A stretch of DNA of 64,000 bases. It comes from Gemmatimonadales bacterium (GTDB lineage Bacteria; Gemmatimonadota; Gemmatimonadetes; Gemmatimonadales; GWC2-71-9). The notes beneath the pieces are model-generated. The model was not told the DNA's origin. It did not search any database and saw only the letters and a list, made by a program, of their open reading frames with translations. Positions 9,830 through 19,853 of the stretch are shown in pieces. Every line of letters begins with the position of its first letter. Positions within the stretch are counted from its first letter, which is position 1. The DNA is taken from NCBI GenBank assembly GCA_041613315.1, contig JBFJHJ010000005.1:43997-107996 (forward strand), written 5' to 3'. The translations under genes were made by a program, and so were the position numbers.

Positions 9830-10414
9830 TCACCCGTTGTAAATCTCTCCGCCCCGGTCTCGATACGACCGTAGCACCTCGCGCGCCTCGTCCCGCAGCA
9901 CGCCCCGCACGATCTCCAGACCCCGGTTTTCGAGATACCGATAGGAGTCGGGGAACACCGGCCCCTCCTCGAAGTTGAGGCGGCTCGCGTCCTCGCGCGC
10001 GGCACCGGTGACGAGGCGACCCACGCCGCTCCACAGCACCGCACCCAGACACATGGCGCAGGGGTCGCACGAGGTGACCAGCTCGTGCCGAGGCATGCCG
10101 TGCGCGCCCAGCGTGAACGAGTGGAGGCGCGCCTGCGCCATCATGTAGGCCACCATCTCGGCGTGGAGCGCCGAATTGGACGCCGCGACCACCAGGTTCA
10201 TCCCCACGGCGACGAGCCGCCCCGACGCTGCCTCGAACACGGCCGCGCCGAACGGCCCGCCGGTCTCACGCTCCACGTTCTCTCGTGCAAGCCGGATCGC
10301 CAGGCGCATGCGATCCTCGACATCGGCGTATCGGCGATCCCACTGCACGACCCGGTGGACCCACGCGGGGTACGCGATGCGGATCTCGAAGGACTCGAAT
10401 GGCGCGGGAGACAT
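9830..10414 (-). CDS. Nucleoside/guanine deaminase-family protein
   Basis: GGPFGA, HAE and SCDPCAMC zinc motifs. Confidence 0.9.
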   Translation of the reverse strand: MSPAPFESFEIRIAYPAWVHRVVQWDRRYADVEDRMRLAIRLARENVERETGGPFGAAVFEAASGRLVAVGMNLVVAASNSALHAEMVAYMMAQARLHSFTLGAHGMPRHELVTSCDPCAMCLGAVLWSGVGRLVTGAAREDASRLNFEEGPVFPDSYRYLENRGLEIVRGVLRDEAREVLRSYRDRGGEIYNG

Positions 10415-10543
10415 GGTCGTGGTGGTCCGTAATCCGTTACCCGTCGTGGGCAGAAACGTCGCGGCGGTGCTCGGCCACTGAATATGCATCCGAACCCACA
10501 GCCGTGTAGCTTGCGGAAGCGAACGATGGAGGCGACACCCCGC

Positions 10544-11224
10544 ATGTGTGGGCGGTTCACCCAGGCGCAGATCGCGGAGCTCGACCGGGAGGTGTTCAAG
10601 CTGCTGCACGTCCCGGCGCTGGAGCCTCGATACAACGTGGCTCCCACCCAGCCGGTGGCGGTCATCCGGGAGAGGAACGGCACCAGCCGGCAGCTGGACC
10701 TCCTCCGGTGGGGACTCATCCCCTCCTGGGCGAACGATCCGGCCATCGGCAATCGCCTGATCAACGCCAGAGCCGAGTCGCTGACCGACAAGCCGTCGTT
10801 CCGCGAGGCGTTCGAACGACGTCGCTGTCTGGTTCCTGCCGACGGTTTCTACGAGTGGCAGAAGACCGCGCACGGCAAGCAGCCGATGTATGTTCGGCCC
10901 ATGGGAGGTGGCGTCTTCGCGCTCGCGGGTCTCTGGGAGACATGGCACGGACCGGGCACGGGTCCGATCGAGTCATTCACGATCGTGACCACCGAGCCCA
11001 ACACACTCCTGGCGCCGATCCACGACCGGATGCCCGCGATCCTGGCGGCCGGACAGTACGACCGCTGGCTCGACCCCCACCATCACGACACTCAGGAGTT
11101 GCAGCGGCTGCTCGGGCCCTACCCGTCCGACCGGATGGAGGTGTATCCCGTGGCCAGCTACGTCAACGACCCGAAGAACGATGGGCCTGCCTGCATCGAG
11201 CCCGTCGAGGAGGCTCAATGCTGA
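10544..11224 (+). CDS. SOS response-associated peptidase (SRAP/YedK/HMCES family)
   Basis: N-terminal MCGRF (catalytic Cys2), RYNVAP, WGL, NARAE, GFYEW, HDRMP. Confidence 0.93.
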   Translation: MCGRFTQAQIAELDREVFKLLHVPALEPRYNVAPTQPVAVIRERNGTSRQLDLLRWGLIPSWANDPAIGNRLINARAESLTDKPSFREAFERRRCLVPADGFYEWQKTAHGKQPMYVRPMGGGVFALAGLWETWHGPGTGPIESFTIVTTEPNTLLAPIHDRMPAILAAGQYDRWLDPHHHDTQELQRLLGPYPSDRMEVYPVASYVNDPKNDGPACIEPVEEAQC

Positions 11225-11547
11225 TCACGACGACGCCGCGGGTGGACGGCGCGGAGATCGCCGAGTACTTCGGCATCGTGACCGGGGAGGCGATCCTCGG
11301 CGCCAACATCATCAAGGACTTCTTCGCCGGTATCCGCGACATCGTGGGCGGTCGGTCGGCAGCGTACGAAGCAGAGCTGCGCAAGGCCCGCGACACGGCG
11401 ATCGACGAGATGGCGATGGAAGCGGAAGGGCTGGGCGCCAACGCGGTCGTGGGCGTGGACCTCGACTACGAGACCCTGCAGATGGGCGGCGGTGGCAACA
11501 TGCTGATGGTGAGCGCCAGCGGGACGGCCGTGCGGATCGCCTGGTGA
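11218..11547 (+). CDS. YbjQ/UPF0145 family protein
   Basis: [40 protein letters not shown]. Confidence 0.9.
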   Translation: MLITTTPRVDGAEIAEYFGIVTGEAILGANIIKDFFAGIRDIVGGRSAAYEAELRKARDTAIDEMAMEAEGLGANAVVGVDLDYETLQMGGGGNMLMVSASGTAVRIAW

Positions 11548-11565
11548 GCGGCGCCCAGCGTCCGA

Positions 11566-13191
11566 TCAAAACGCGAACCCCCGCCCGAAGCTCACGATCC
11601 ATCGTTTGCCCTCGAAGCCCTCGCCGAACCGGTAGGCGAGATCGAGCCGCCCGACGTTGGCCCCCGCCGAGCGCGTAGCGCCGAAGCGCAGCCCAAACCC
11701 GACGTCGCCACCGAGGCGCGCCGCCTGGTCCGCGAACCAGGCGCCGCCATAATCCACGAAGCCCGCGAAGCCCAGCCCCAGGATCCCGAGCACCTCGTCG
11801 ATCAGGAACGCCCGATGCTCCAGCGCCACCCACACCATCCGCTCACCGGTGAAGGCGTTCGGCCCGAACGCCCGGGGCCCGGGTCCGTGGGCCGCCACCG
11901 CGCCGGCTAACCTCAGGGGGAACGCGTCGGAGCCGCCCCCGTGCCCCAGCGTGAACTCGGCCCCAGGCGGCGTTCCCGAGCGCGCACCTACCTCGGCATG
12001 GAGCACGGTCGCGTGCCGCGAGACCGGCCGAGCGGCCACGGTGAGGCCGGCCCACACGCGGCCCGAATCGAGCCCCGCCGATGTGAAGAGTCCGGTCGCG
12101 CGCGCTTCCAGCTTGGCGAAGTTCGGGCCGAACGCCGCGCCCGCCTGCGCGCTGATCGCCGGTCCGACACCCGTGGATCGGTACCCGAAGGCCGCCGGGG
12201 CCAGCCAGAGCGTCGCGCGCACGCGCGGACTCAGATCGAGGTCCACGTCTCGATCGAACCCGTCGTAGTGCGTCACCACCGTGAAGCGGGACCGCGCGAA
12301 CTCGATGAACGCGCCGAGGGCGCCGGTCACGGTGTCGGGAACGACGCGTCCGGCGTCGTTCAGGAGCACGTACGCCTCACGCTTCACCTGAGCGGTCGCG
12401 CCGACGCGGACGTACCCTTCCGGCCCGGCGCGCGGTGCCACGCTGACCTGGGCCGTCTGGAGCAGGAGGCGGCGGCGGTACGTCGTATCGATGACGCCGT
12501 CCTTGAACCGGAGCACGTCTTGGCTCCGGGCCTCGCCCGCGAATCCGAACGACGTCCGGTCGCTGAACGCCATGAAGGGCACGCCGAAACGCCACCCGCC
12601 GACCTCGCCATCGCTCAAGGCATCGTAGGCGCCACCGATCCCGAAGCGTGTCCCCGCGATGCGGTCCATGCCGGCGACGAGCGTCACCGCGTTGCGGTTC
12701 GGCTCCTGGCGATACGTCACCCCCGCTCGCGCTCCGGTGCCCAAGAAGTTCCGCTCCTGGACGCCGACGGCCCAGCTCAGCGTGTCGGCGGTCGAGTTCG
12801 CGTTGAGCACCAGCTCCGTCGTCCACCCGTCCGCGGTCTGGACGAGCACGGTGACGCGGTCGCCTCGGTGCAGCGTGTCGACCTGCACGTCTCGGAAGAG
12901 GCCACGGCGTCGCAGGTTGCGCAGCGTTTCGGCGACCCGTGCGGAGTCATAGGGCTCGCCTTCTCGGAAGAGCAACTCTTGGCGAACGAGAAAGGGACGG
13001 GTCGTGACGTGGAGGGCGTTGGCGAGGCGGAAGAGGAAGTTGGACTGCGCCTCAGTGGAGTCGAAGACGTTCCGCGTCAGCACGACGATGCTGTCGACGA
13101 CCGGCGTCCGCGGCACGTCCTGCGCCCGGGCCTGGGTCAGAGCCGCCAGAAGCAGTCCAACAGCTACGACTGTCACGCCGGGCCAACGCAT
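11566..13191 (-). CDS. Omp85/TamA-like outer-membrane protein with a POTRA domain
   Basis: Signal peptide; POTRA pattern (ELLFREGEPYD...ETLRNLRRRGLF); ERNFLGTG; C-terminal Phe. Confidence 0.75.
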   Translation of the reverse strand: MRWPGVTVVAVGLLLAALTQARAQDVPRTPVVDSIVVLTRNVFDSTEAQSNFLFRLANALHVTTRPFLVRQELLFREGEPYDSARVAETLRNLRRRGLFRDVQVDTLHRGDRVTVLVQTADGWTTELVLNANSTADTLSWAVGVQERNFLGTGARAGVTYRQEPNRNAVTLVAGMDRIAGTRFGIGGAYDALSDGEVGGWRFGVPFMAFSDRTSFGFAGEARSQDVLRFKDGVIDTTYRRRLLLQTAQVSVAPRAGPEGYVRVGATAQVKREAYVLLNDAGRVVPDTVTGALGAFIEFARSRFTVVTHYDGFDRDVDLDLSPRVRATLWLAPAAFGYRSTGVGPAISAQAGAAFGPNFAKLEARATGLFTSAGLDSGRVWAGLTVAARPVSRHATVLHAEVGARSGTPPGAEFTLGHGGGSDAFPLRLAGAVAAHGPGPRAFGPNAFTGERMVWVALEHRAFLIDEVLGILGLGFAGFVDYGGAWFADQAARLGGDVGFGLRFGATRSAGANVGRLDLAYRFGEGFEGKRWIVSFGRGFAF

Positions 13192-13197
13192 GCGCCG

Positions 13198-14028
13198 TCA
13201 TTCCCCCCGCTCTCCGAGTTCCGCAATGGACTCGAGCACCCGGTCGGGTCGTACGCGGCTCGAGTGCAGCGCATCGGGCCGGAACTTGCCGGTCCGAACG
13301 AGCCACCCTCGGAGCCCGGCCCGCTGGGCGCCCTCGACGTCGGACCACAGGTCGTCACCGACCATGATGATCGGTGGACGATCGGTCGTGACCCCCATCG
13401 AGGCCACCGCCGCCCGGAAGAACTCGGGGTTCGGTTTGCCGCAGATGACCGCTTCCCGTTCGGTGGCATATTCCAGCGCGGCCACGTACGCTCCGGCGTC
13501 CAGCTCGATTCCGTCGGCCCCCAGCCAGTACCGCCCCCCTTGAAGGGCCACCAGCCGCGCGCCGTCCATAACATAGCGAAACGCTTCGTTGAGGAGCGCA
13601 TGGTCCCAGCGCGCTCCGAGGTCGCCGATCAGCACCGCGTCCGGCCACGGGCCCGTCGTGGGACCGGTCACGCCGCCCAGCAACTCGAACTCGGCGAGAT
13701 CCTCCAGCACGTCTTCCGGAACGAACGGCGCCACGGTCCGCACACCGGCCCGCCGCAGGAACGCGGCGCCCGCCATGACCGCCGTGAACACCTCCTCGTC
13801 CGCGACGTCGAGGCCAAAGCTCACCAGCCGCTCCAGTAGCCGGCGGCGGGGTCGGCGCGTGGTATTGGTGACGAACCGGAAGGGAACGCCCCGGCGCCGC
13901 AACTCTCGTATCGCGGAGTCGGCGCCGGGGATGGGACCTGCCTCGGTGTAGACCGTCCCGTCGAGATCGAGAAGAAACGCGGACGCGGCCTCGATTAGTA
14001 CTTCCCGAGGTACGTGTCGATCTCCCAC
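13198..14028 (-). CDS. HAD-superfamily IIA hydrolase; start uncertain, nearest GTG overlaps the glnA 3' end
   Basis: DLDGT, FVTNTT, GKPNP, MVGDD..SDV, VRTGK. Confidence 0.88.
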   Translation of the reverse strand: MGDRHVPREVLIEAASAFLLDLDGTVYTEAGPIPGADSAIRELRRRGVPFRFVTNTTRRPRRRLLERLVSFGLDVADEEVFTAVMAGAAFLRRAGVRTVAPFVPEDVLEDLAEFELLGGVTGPTTGPWPDAVLIGDLGARWDHALLNEAFRYVMDGARLVALQGGRYWLGADGIELDAGAYVAALEYATEREAVICGKPNPEFFRAAVASMGVTTDRPPIIMVGDDLWSDVEGAQRAGLRGWLVRTGKFRPDALHSSRVRPDRVLESIAELGERGE

Positions 14029-15386
14029 TTGCTGACCCTGGCGGAGTACTCGAGCCACTCCTGCCGCTTCGCCTCGACCAGCCGCGCGTAGACATGCTCA
14101 CCGAGCGACTCGCGAATCTCCTTGTCCTTCTCCAGGCAGTCGAGGGCCTCATGGAGGTCACGCGGCAGCTCGTCGATCCGGAACCGCCGTCGCTCGCGGT
14201 GGCTCATGCTGAAGATGTTCTTGTTCACCGGATCGGGGGGCGTCAGCTTCCGCTCCACCCCATCGAGCCCCGCCGCGAGCTGCACGGTGAGCGCCAGATA
14301 GGGATTCGCCGACGGATCGGGCATCCGGAGCTCGCACCGCGTGCCGTGGCCCCGCCGATCCGGGATCCGCACCAACGGCGAACGGTTCCGCATGCTCCAT
14401 GCGACGTTGACCGGCGCCTCGTACCCCGGCACCAGCCGCTTGTAGCTGTTCACCAACGGGTTGGTCACCGCCGCGAACCCGCGGGCGTGCGTGAGGAGCC
14501 CCGCGATGTAGCTGAGCGCCACCCCCGACAACTCCCACTTCTCGGTCGGATCGTAGAACGCGTTCGCCCCGTCCTTGAACAACGACTGGTGCGTGTGCAT
14601 CCCCGACCCGTTTTGCCCCTGGATCGGCTTCGGCATAAACGTCGCCAGGAAGCCGTGTCGGTACGCGATGTTCCGCACGATGAACCGGAACGTCGCCAGG
14701 TTGTCGGCGGTCGTGAGAGCGTCCGCGTAGCGGAAGTCCACCTCGTGCTGCCCTGCCGCCACCTCGTGATGGCCAGCCTCCACCTCGAAGCCCATGTGCA
14801 CCAGGTCGTGGATGATCAGCCGGCGGATCGGTTCCGCCTTGTCCACCGGCGCGAGGTCGAAGTAGCCCCCGGCATCGTGCGTCTCGACGGTGGGGTCCCC
14901 GGCCGCATCCAGGTGAAAGATGAAGAACTCCGCCTCGCACCCGGCCATCATCTCGTAGCCGAGCGAGCTCGCGCGCTCGATCTGGCGCTTGAGGGTGAGG
15001 CGCGGACATCCGGGGAACGGCGAGTCGTCGGGATTGTAGATGTCGCAGATCAGCCGGGCCACCCGCCCGCCCTCGTCGTCGTACGGGAAGATCTTGAACG
15101 TGCTCAGATCCGGCTTGAGCACCATGTCGCTCTCCTCGATCCGCACGAACCCTTCGATCGAGGATCCGTCGAACATGATGTCGCCCTCGAGCGCCTTCTC
15201 GAACTGGCTCCGCGGCACTTCGACGTTCTTGTTCACCCCGGTGATGTCGGTGAACTGGAGCCGCAGAAAATCCACACCCCACTCGTCGCTGAGCTTGAGG
15301 ATGTCCTGCTTCTGAGCACCACTGGCATCGATGAGCTCACCACGGACACGCGGTTTGTCGGCATGGCTCGGGACGGTGATGGACAC
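13995..15386 (-). CDS. glnA: Glutamine synthetase type I
   Basis: FDGSSIEGF, EAEFF, HHEVAAGQHE, TFMPKP, NGSGMH, SYKRLVPGYEAP, ELRMPD; GGAGGAG RBS. Confidence 0.97.
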   Translation of the reverse strand: MSITVPSHADKPRVRGELIDASGAQKQDILKLSDEWGVDFLRLQFTDITGVNKNVEVPRSQFEKALEGDIMFDGSSIEGFVRIEESDMVLKPDLSTFKIFPYDDEGGRVARLICDIYNPDDSPFPGCPRLTLKRQIERASSLGYEMMAGCEAEFFIFHLDAAGDPTVETHDAGGYFDLAPVDKAEPIRRLIIHDLVHMGFEVEAGHHEVAAGQHEVDFRYADALTTADNLATFRFIVRNIAYRHGFLATFMPKPIQGQNGSGMHTHQSLFKDGANAFYDPTEKWELSGVALSYIAGLLTHARGFAAVTNPLVNSYKRLVPGYEAPVNVAWSMRNRSPLVRIPDRRGHGTRCELRMPDPSANPYLALTVQLAAGLDGVERKLTPPDPVNKNIFSMSHRERRRFRIDELPRDLHEALDCLEKDKEIRESLGEHVYARLVEAKRQEWLEYSARVSKWEIDTYLGKY

Positions 15387-15477
15387 TGGCACGCTCCTCC
15401 CTTTCGGGGTCGGGACTTGGACGCTGATGGGTGGCAGAGGGACCGTGCGGCGCCCTGCAGGGCGCCCACGACGCGGC

Positions 15478-15506
15478 AACCTATTGGGTGGCGCGCCTGG
15501 TGTCAA
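15478..15506 (-). promoter_or_regulatory. Sigma70-type promoter of glnA
   Basis: TTGACA-17 nt-TAGGTT on the minus strand. Confidence 0.7.
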
Positions 15507-15643
15507 GCAAATCGTGCAGAATGTGCACGATCCTAGGTACGGTGTGCACAAAGTCAGGCTTTGGGGGTCGAATTGGCACCACTGTCGTGCGGTTTTGGCA
15601 GATCTGGGGAGACGGCGTGTCTGGGTCGAACGGTCGGTTGCCG

Positions 15644-15946
15644 CTATCGGCCCCCCAGGGAGTCGAGCAAGTTCCACAACTCGAGAGCCGAGAACTCGGC
15701 GAAGCGGATCTCGACGTCCTTCTCGGTCCATTCGAGAAAGATCCAGCCCGAGAGCCGATGGATGTTGCCTCCAATGAAGTGAATGCGGCCGCGGATGGCG
15801 TCGATCGAGGGGTCCTTCACACTCTCCAGCAACACGTTCCAGTGACTATCGCCGCGCACCAGTTCGCCCATCTGCCGCGCCTTGATCGCGCTCAGCGGCG
15901 GATCGAACCGCGAGGATCTCGACGTGCCTTCTGGATCGCGAGACAT
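15644..15946 (-). CDS. Hypothetical protein
   Basis: Protein-like composition; fills the gap between glnA and the next gene. Confidence 0.6.
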   Translation of the reverse strand: MSRDPEGTSRSSRFDPPLSAIKARQMGELVRGDSHWNVLLESVKDPSIDAIRGRIHFIGGNIHRLSGWIFLEWTEKDVEIRFAEFSALELWNLLDSLGGR

Positions 15947-16052
15947 GAGCGCTACAGTAATGTCCAGCAAGGAGCGGCGCCAGCAAACGACGCAACCTTC
16001 CTATTATACTTCTGCCCGCCCACGACGACCTCCACGTTTCCTGGATGACCTT

Positions 16053-16817
16053 ATGACCGCTTCGTCCGTGTCATGCCCGGCCTGTGGTGCGCCGGCGTCC
16101 GGCAAATTCTGCAACAGCTGCGGCGCCCCGCTCGCCGGCGCGGCCTGCCCCAACTGTGATGCGCCGTTGTCATCGGGCGCCCGGTTCTGTCACCAGTGCG
16201 GCACGCCCCTCGGCGCGCGGCGCAGCCGGAGCCTGCCGCTGCCGTGGGTGGTGACCGGTGTCGCCATCGTCGCCCTCATCGCCGTGGCCGGCTTCGCCAT
16301 CGGACGCTCCGCGGGCACCGGCGCCACGGCGTCCGCCCCGTCGGCTGCCAGGGGCGGCGGCGGAATCGCACCGGCGTCCGACATCAGCCGGATGACCCCA
16401 CGCGAGCAGGCGAACCGTCTCTTCGACCGGGTGATGAGCCTCGCGGAGCGGGGCATCACCGACTCCGTCACGTTCTTCAAGCCGATGGCGATCCAGGCGT
16501 ACGCCCTGCTGGGCGCGCCGGACAACGACGCCCGATACGACCTCGGTATGATCCACGCGGTCACGGGCGACTACCCGAGCGCGCTTGCCCAGGCCGACTC
16601 GCTGGACGTCGCCGTGCCGGGCCATCTCCTCGCGAGCGTCATCCGACATGCGGTGGCGGAAGCGCGGAACGATCGCGACACCGCGCGCCGCGCGCAGCAG
16701 GCCTTCCTGCGCAGCTATGCCGAGGAGATCGCGCGCGAGCGCCCCGAGTACGGCGCACACCGGCCCACCCTCGAGGCCTTCGTGGCGGAGGCGCGTCGGG
16801 CGGTCGGCGGCACCTAA
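16053..16817 (+). CDS. Double zinc-ribbon membrane protein with TPR-like periplasmic region
   Basis: CPAC, CNSC, CPNC, CHQC; one TM helix; helical C-terminus. Confidence 0.8.
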   Translation: MTASSVSCPACGAPASGKFCNSCGAPLAGAACPNCDAPLSSGARFCHQCGTPLGARRSRSLPLPWVVTGVAIVALIAVAGFAIGRSAGTGATASAPSAARGGGGIAPASDISRMTPREQANRLFDRVMSLAERGITDSVTFFKPMAIQAYALLGAPDNDARYDLGMIHAVTGDYPSALAQADSLDVAVPGHLLASVIRHAVAEARNDRDTARRAQQAFLRSYAEEIARERPEYGAHRPTLEAFVAEARRAVGGT

Positions 16818-17668
16818 TGCCGACGATCCGGCTGGCCCACAGCCCCGATGCCGACGACGCGTTCATGTTCTACGCGCTCGCCGCGGGCAAGATCGGCACG
16901 GGCGACCGCCGGTACGAGCATGAGCTTCAAGACATCGAGACGTTGAACCGGCGGGCGCTGGCCGGCGAGTTGGACGTCACGGCGGTCTCGATCCACGCCT
17001 ACGCGTATCTCGCCGACCGCTATGCGCTCCTCCCGCACGGCGCGTCCATCGGCGACCGCTACGGGCCCCGACTGGTCGCCGGCCGCCCCCCACCCGAGGA
17101 CGCCCGCCACGCGCTCCGCCAGATGCGGGTGGCGATTCCCGGAACGTACACCACCGCCGCCCTGGCCCTCCGGCTCTATGAGCCGGCGCTCAAGACCGAG
17201 GTGCTCCCGTTCGATACTATCGAGGACGCGGTCGCCCGCGGCGCCGTGGACGCCGGCGTCTTGATCCACGAGGGGCAGCTGACGTACGCGGAGCGCGGCC
17301 TCCACCTTTGGACTGACTTGGGCGCCTGGTGGCACGACGAAACCGGCCTGCCGCTCCCGCTCGGGGGGAACGCCGTGCGGCGCGATCTGGGAGCAAAGCT
17401 GATCCGCCGGATCTCGCGCGACCTTCGGGCCAGCATCGTCTACGGGCTGGCCCACCGCGAGGAGGCGCTGGCCCACGCGCTGCAGTACGCCCGTGGGCTG
17501 GACCGAGCCACCGCGGATCGCTTCGTCGACATGTATGTCAACGCCTTCACCGTGGACTACGGTGAGCGCGGACGGCGAGCCGTGGCAGCCCTGCTCGACC
17601 GCGCCGCCGAGCGGGGCGTGATCCCGCACCGCGTGGACGTGGCGTTCGTGGACGACGGGGGCCCTTGA
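16817..17668 (+). CDS. mqnD: 1,4-dihydroxy-6-naphthoate synthase (futalosine menaquinone pathway)
   Basis: HSPDADDAFMFYAL, DIETLN, IHEGQLTY, LPLPLG, MYVN; TAATG coupling to the upstream gene. Confidence 0.88.
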   Translation: MPTIRLAHSPDADDAFMFYALAAGKIGTGDRRYEHELQDIETLNRRALAGELDVTAVSIHAYAYLADRYALLPHGASIGDRYGPRLVAGRPPPEDARHALRQMRVAIPGTYTTAALALRLYEPALKTEVLPFDTIEDAVARGAVDAGVLIHEGQLTYAERGLHLWTDLGAWWHDETGLPLPLGGNAVRRDLGAKLIRRISRDLRASIVYGLAHREEALAHALQYARGLDRATADRFVDMYVNAFTVDYGERGRRAVAALLDRAAERGVIPHRVDVAFVDDGGP

Positions 17669-17753
17669 CCAGGGTCCAGGGCGACGTTGCCAAGCGGCGC
17701 GGGCGGGTTATTCTAGACCGGTCGGATGGCTCGCGCAGACGATTCGAGCGGAG

Positions 17754-18842
17754 ATGATGACGACACCGAACGGCGAGACCGACACCCCCGTCCGCGTCCT
17801 GGTCGTGGACGACGAGGACGCCTTGCGGAATGCCCTATCCCGCTTCCTCACCGAGCGCGGGTACGAGGTCGCCCAGGCCAGGTCGGGCCGCGACGCCCTC
17901 GAACAGCTCGGAGCCGAGAAGTTCGCGCTCATGCTGCTCGACATCCGCATGCCGGGTCTGAGTGGCATCGACGTCGTGCCCGAGGCGGTGGAGGCCGATC
18001 CCGACTTGGCCATTCTGATGCTCACCGCGATGTCGGACGCCACGAGCGCCGCCGTCTGCATGCAGCGGGGCGCGATGGACTACCTCACGAAGCCAGTCGA
18101 GCTCAACGACCTCGCCAATGCGGTGGGCCGTGCGCTCAAGCGACGCGACACCCTGTTGCAGAATCGACAGATCTCGTCGTGGCTCAAGGAGGAGGTCCAG
18201 CGCCGAACCCGGGAGCTCGAGCGCGAGCGCCGTAAACAGCAGGAGCTCACCGTGGCGACGCTCGAGGCGCTCATCAACGCGCTGGAGGCGAAGAACGTGT
18301 ACCTCGCCGGTCACTCGGCCCGCGTCGCCGCCCTGTGCGCCACGATCGCGCACGAGCTGGAACTAGCCGACGAAGACATCGACCAGATCCGCATGGCGGG
18401 TCGGTTGCACGACCTCGGCAAGATCGGGGTCCGGGAAGAAGTCCTCAACAAGGGTGGCCCGCTCACGGAAGAGGAATATCAGCACGTGCAGTCACACGTC
18501 ACGATCGGGGCGCAGATTCTGTCGCCGTTGACCCACCTGGGGCCGATCGTGGACTACGTGCGACACCACCACGAGCACTGGGACGGCAGCGGCTACCCCG
18601 ACGGCCTGGCAGGCGAGAAAATCCCGATCGGCGCCCGCATCATCGGTGCCGGGGAGGTGTACGACGCGCTGAGCACGGCCCGCCCTTACCAGGACCAGTT
18701 GACGCCCGAAGAGGCCGTCGAACGGTTGCGGGCACTGGTGGGCAAGGTGATCGACCCCGGTGTCATGGAAGCCCTCGCCCGGGCCGTGGCCCGGCGCCAG
18801 ACCTTGGTCTTCATCCACGACGATCACCCGGCGCGGGAATAA
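17754..18842 (+). CDS. Response regulator with HD-GYP phosphodiesterase domain
   Basis: Receiver domain plus GHSARV, LHDLGK, HHEHWDGSGYPDGL. Confidence 0.93.
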   Translation: MMTTPNGETDTPVRVLVVDDEDALRNALSRFLTERGYEVAQARSGRDALEQLGAEKFALMLLDIRMPGLSGIDVVPEAVEADPDLAILMLTAMSDATSAAVCMQRGAMDYLTKPVELNDLANAVGRALKRRDTLLQNRQISSWLKEEVQRRTRELERERRKQQELTVATLEALINALEAKNVYLAGHSARVAALCATIAHELELADEDIDQIRMAGRLHDLGKIGVREEVLNKGGPLTEEEYQHVQSHVTIGAQILSPLTHLGPIVDYVRHHHEHWDGSGYPDGLAGEKIPIGARIIGAGEVYDALSTARPYQDQLTPEEAVERLRALVGKVIDPGVMEALARAVARRQTLVFIHDDHPARE

Positions 18843-18864
18843 CCGGCGCGGCGGCGCGGCGGCG

Positions 18865-19833
18865 GTGCTGGTCCTCGCCGCGTGCGCCCCCGGCGCCCGG
18901 TGGGTGGCGGTGGCTGGCGGGCCCGGGTCACAGCTCCTGGTGTTCTCCGCGAACCTGGACGTCGCCCAGGCCGCGACCGTCTCCTTCACCCCGCAGGACA
19001 CGCTCACCGCGCTGACCTTCGCCGGCGACGGTCAGAGTCTCTATGTCGCCGCCGTGGACGGGGCGGGCGGCGTCCTCGTCCGGGTGGGACGCGGCGGCGG
19101 CGCGGAGACCCGGGTCTCGCTCCCCGTCACGCGGCCGCAGTTTGTCCATCTCGCGCCGCGCGCTACCGCCATCCTCTTGGGCACGGTCGCGACCGGGACG
19201 CCGTCCGGTGCCGGCACGCTCCGCATCGCACGGCCCCGTGATCTCGCGATCGCGGACTCGGTCGGCGTGTGTGTGGGCGCGCCAGTCGGGATCGCGGTCC
19301 ACCCCGACGGCGACCGCGCCTATATCGCCTGCGAGGGCGACGAGGTGGTCGAAGTGGATCTCCGATTACGCACGGCGATCCGACGCGCCACTCCGGCGCC
19401 GGCGAGCGGGTGCCAGCTGCGCGGGCCCGCTCTGTCAGCCAACGGCACGGTGCTGTACGTCAGCTGCGCGGCGACGGGCCAACTCCTCCTGCTGGACCGG
19501 GTGACCCTCACGCCCTTCGACGCGATGCCGGTAGGCCGCGGGATCGGCGCTCCGGTCGTACTACGCCGGCGGCTGCTCCTGCCGCGAGCCGAGGCCGACG
19601 AACTGGTGATCGTGGATCCCCGAGGACGCCAAGTGGTCGCGCGTCTCGCGGCGCCCCACCCCCTCGTGATCGCCGGCGTTGGTGCACGGGCCTACGTGCT
19701 CACGCGCGCACGCGCGCCTGAGCTCTTGACCATCGACGTGGACGCGGCCGTCATCAGGAACCGCACCCGGCTCCCGTTCCCAGCGACCCGTCTCGCCGTG
19801 TGGCCGACGGCAACCCCGGTCATGCGCTGGTAG
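18865..19833 (+). CDS. YncE-like beta-propeller lipoprotein; start uncertain
   Basis: LAAC lipobox; repeats such as GIAVHPDGDRAYI and LSANGTVLYV. Confidence 0.65.
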   Translation: MLVLAACAPGARWVAVAGGPGSQLLVFSANLDVAQAATVSFTPQDTLTALTFAGDGQSLYVAAVDGAGGVLVRVGRGGGAETRVSLPVTRPQFVHLAPRATAILLGTVATGTPSGAGTLRIARPRDLAIADSVGVCVGAPVGIAVHPDGDRAYIACEGDEVVEVDLRLRTAIRRATPAPASGCQLRGPALSANGTVLYVSCAATGQLLLLDRVTLTPFDAMPVGRGIGAPVVLRRRLLLPRAEADELVIVDPRGRQVVARLAAPHPLVIAGVGARAYVLTRARAPELLTIDVDAAVIRNRTRLPFPATRLAVWPTATPVMRW

Positions 19834-19853
19834 CGAACCCCCCGACCGAGCGT

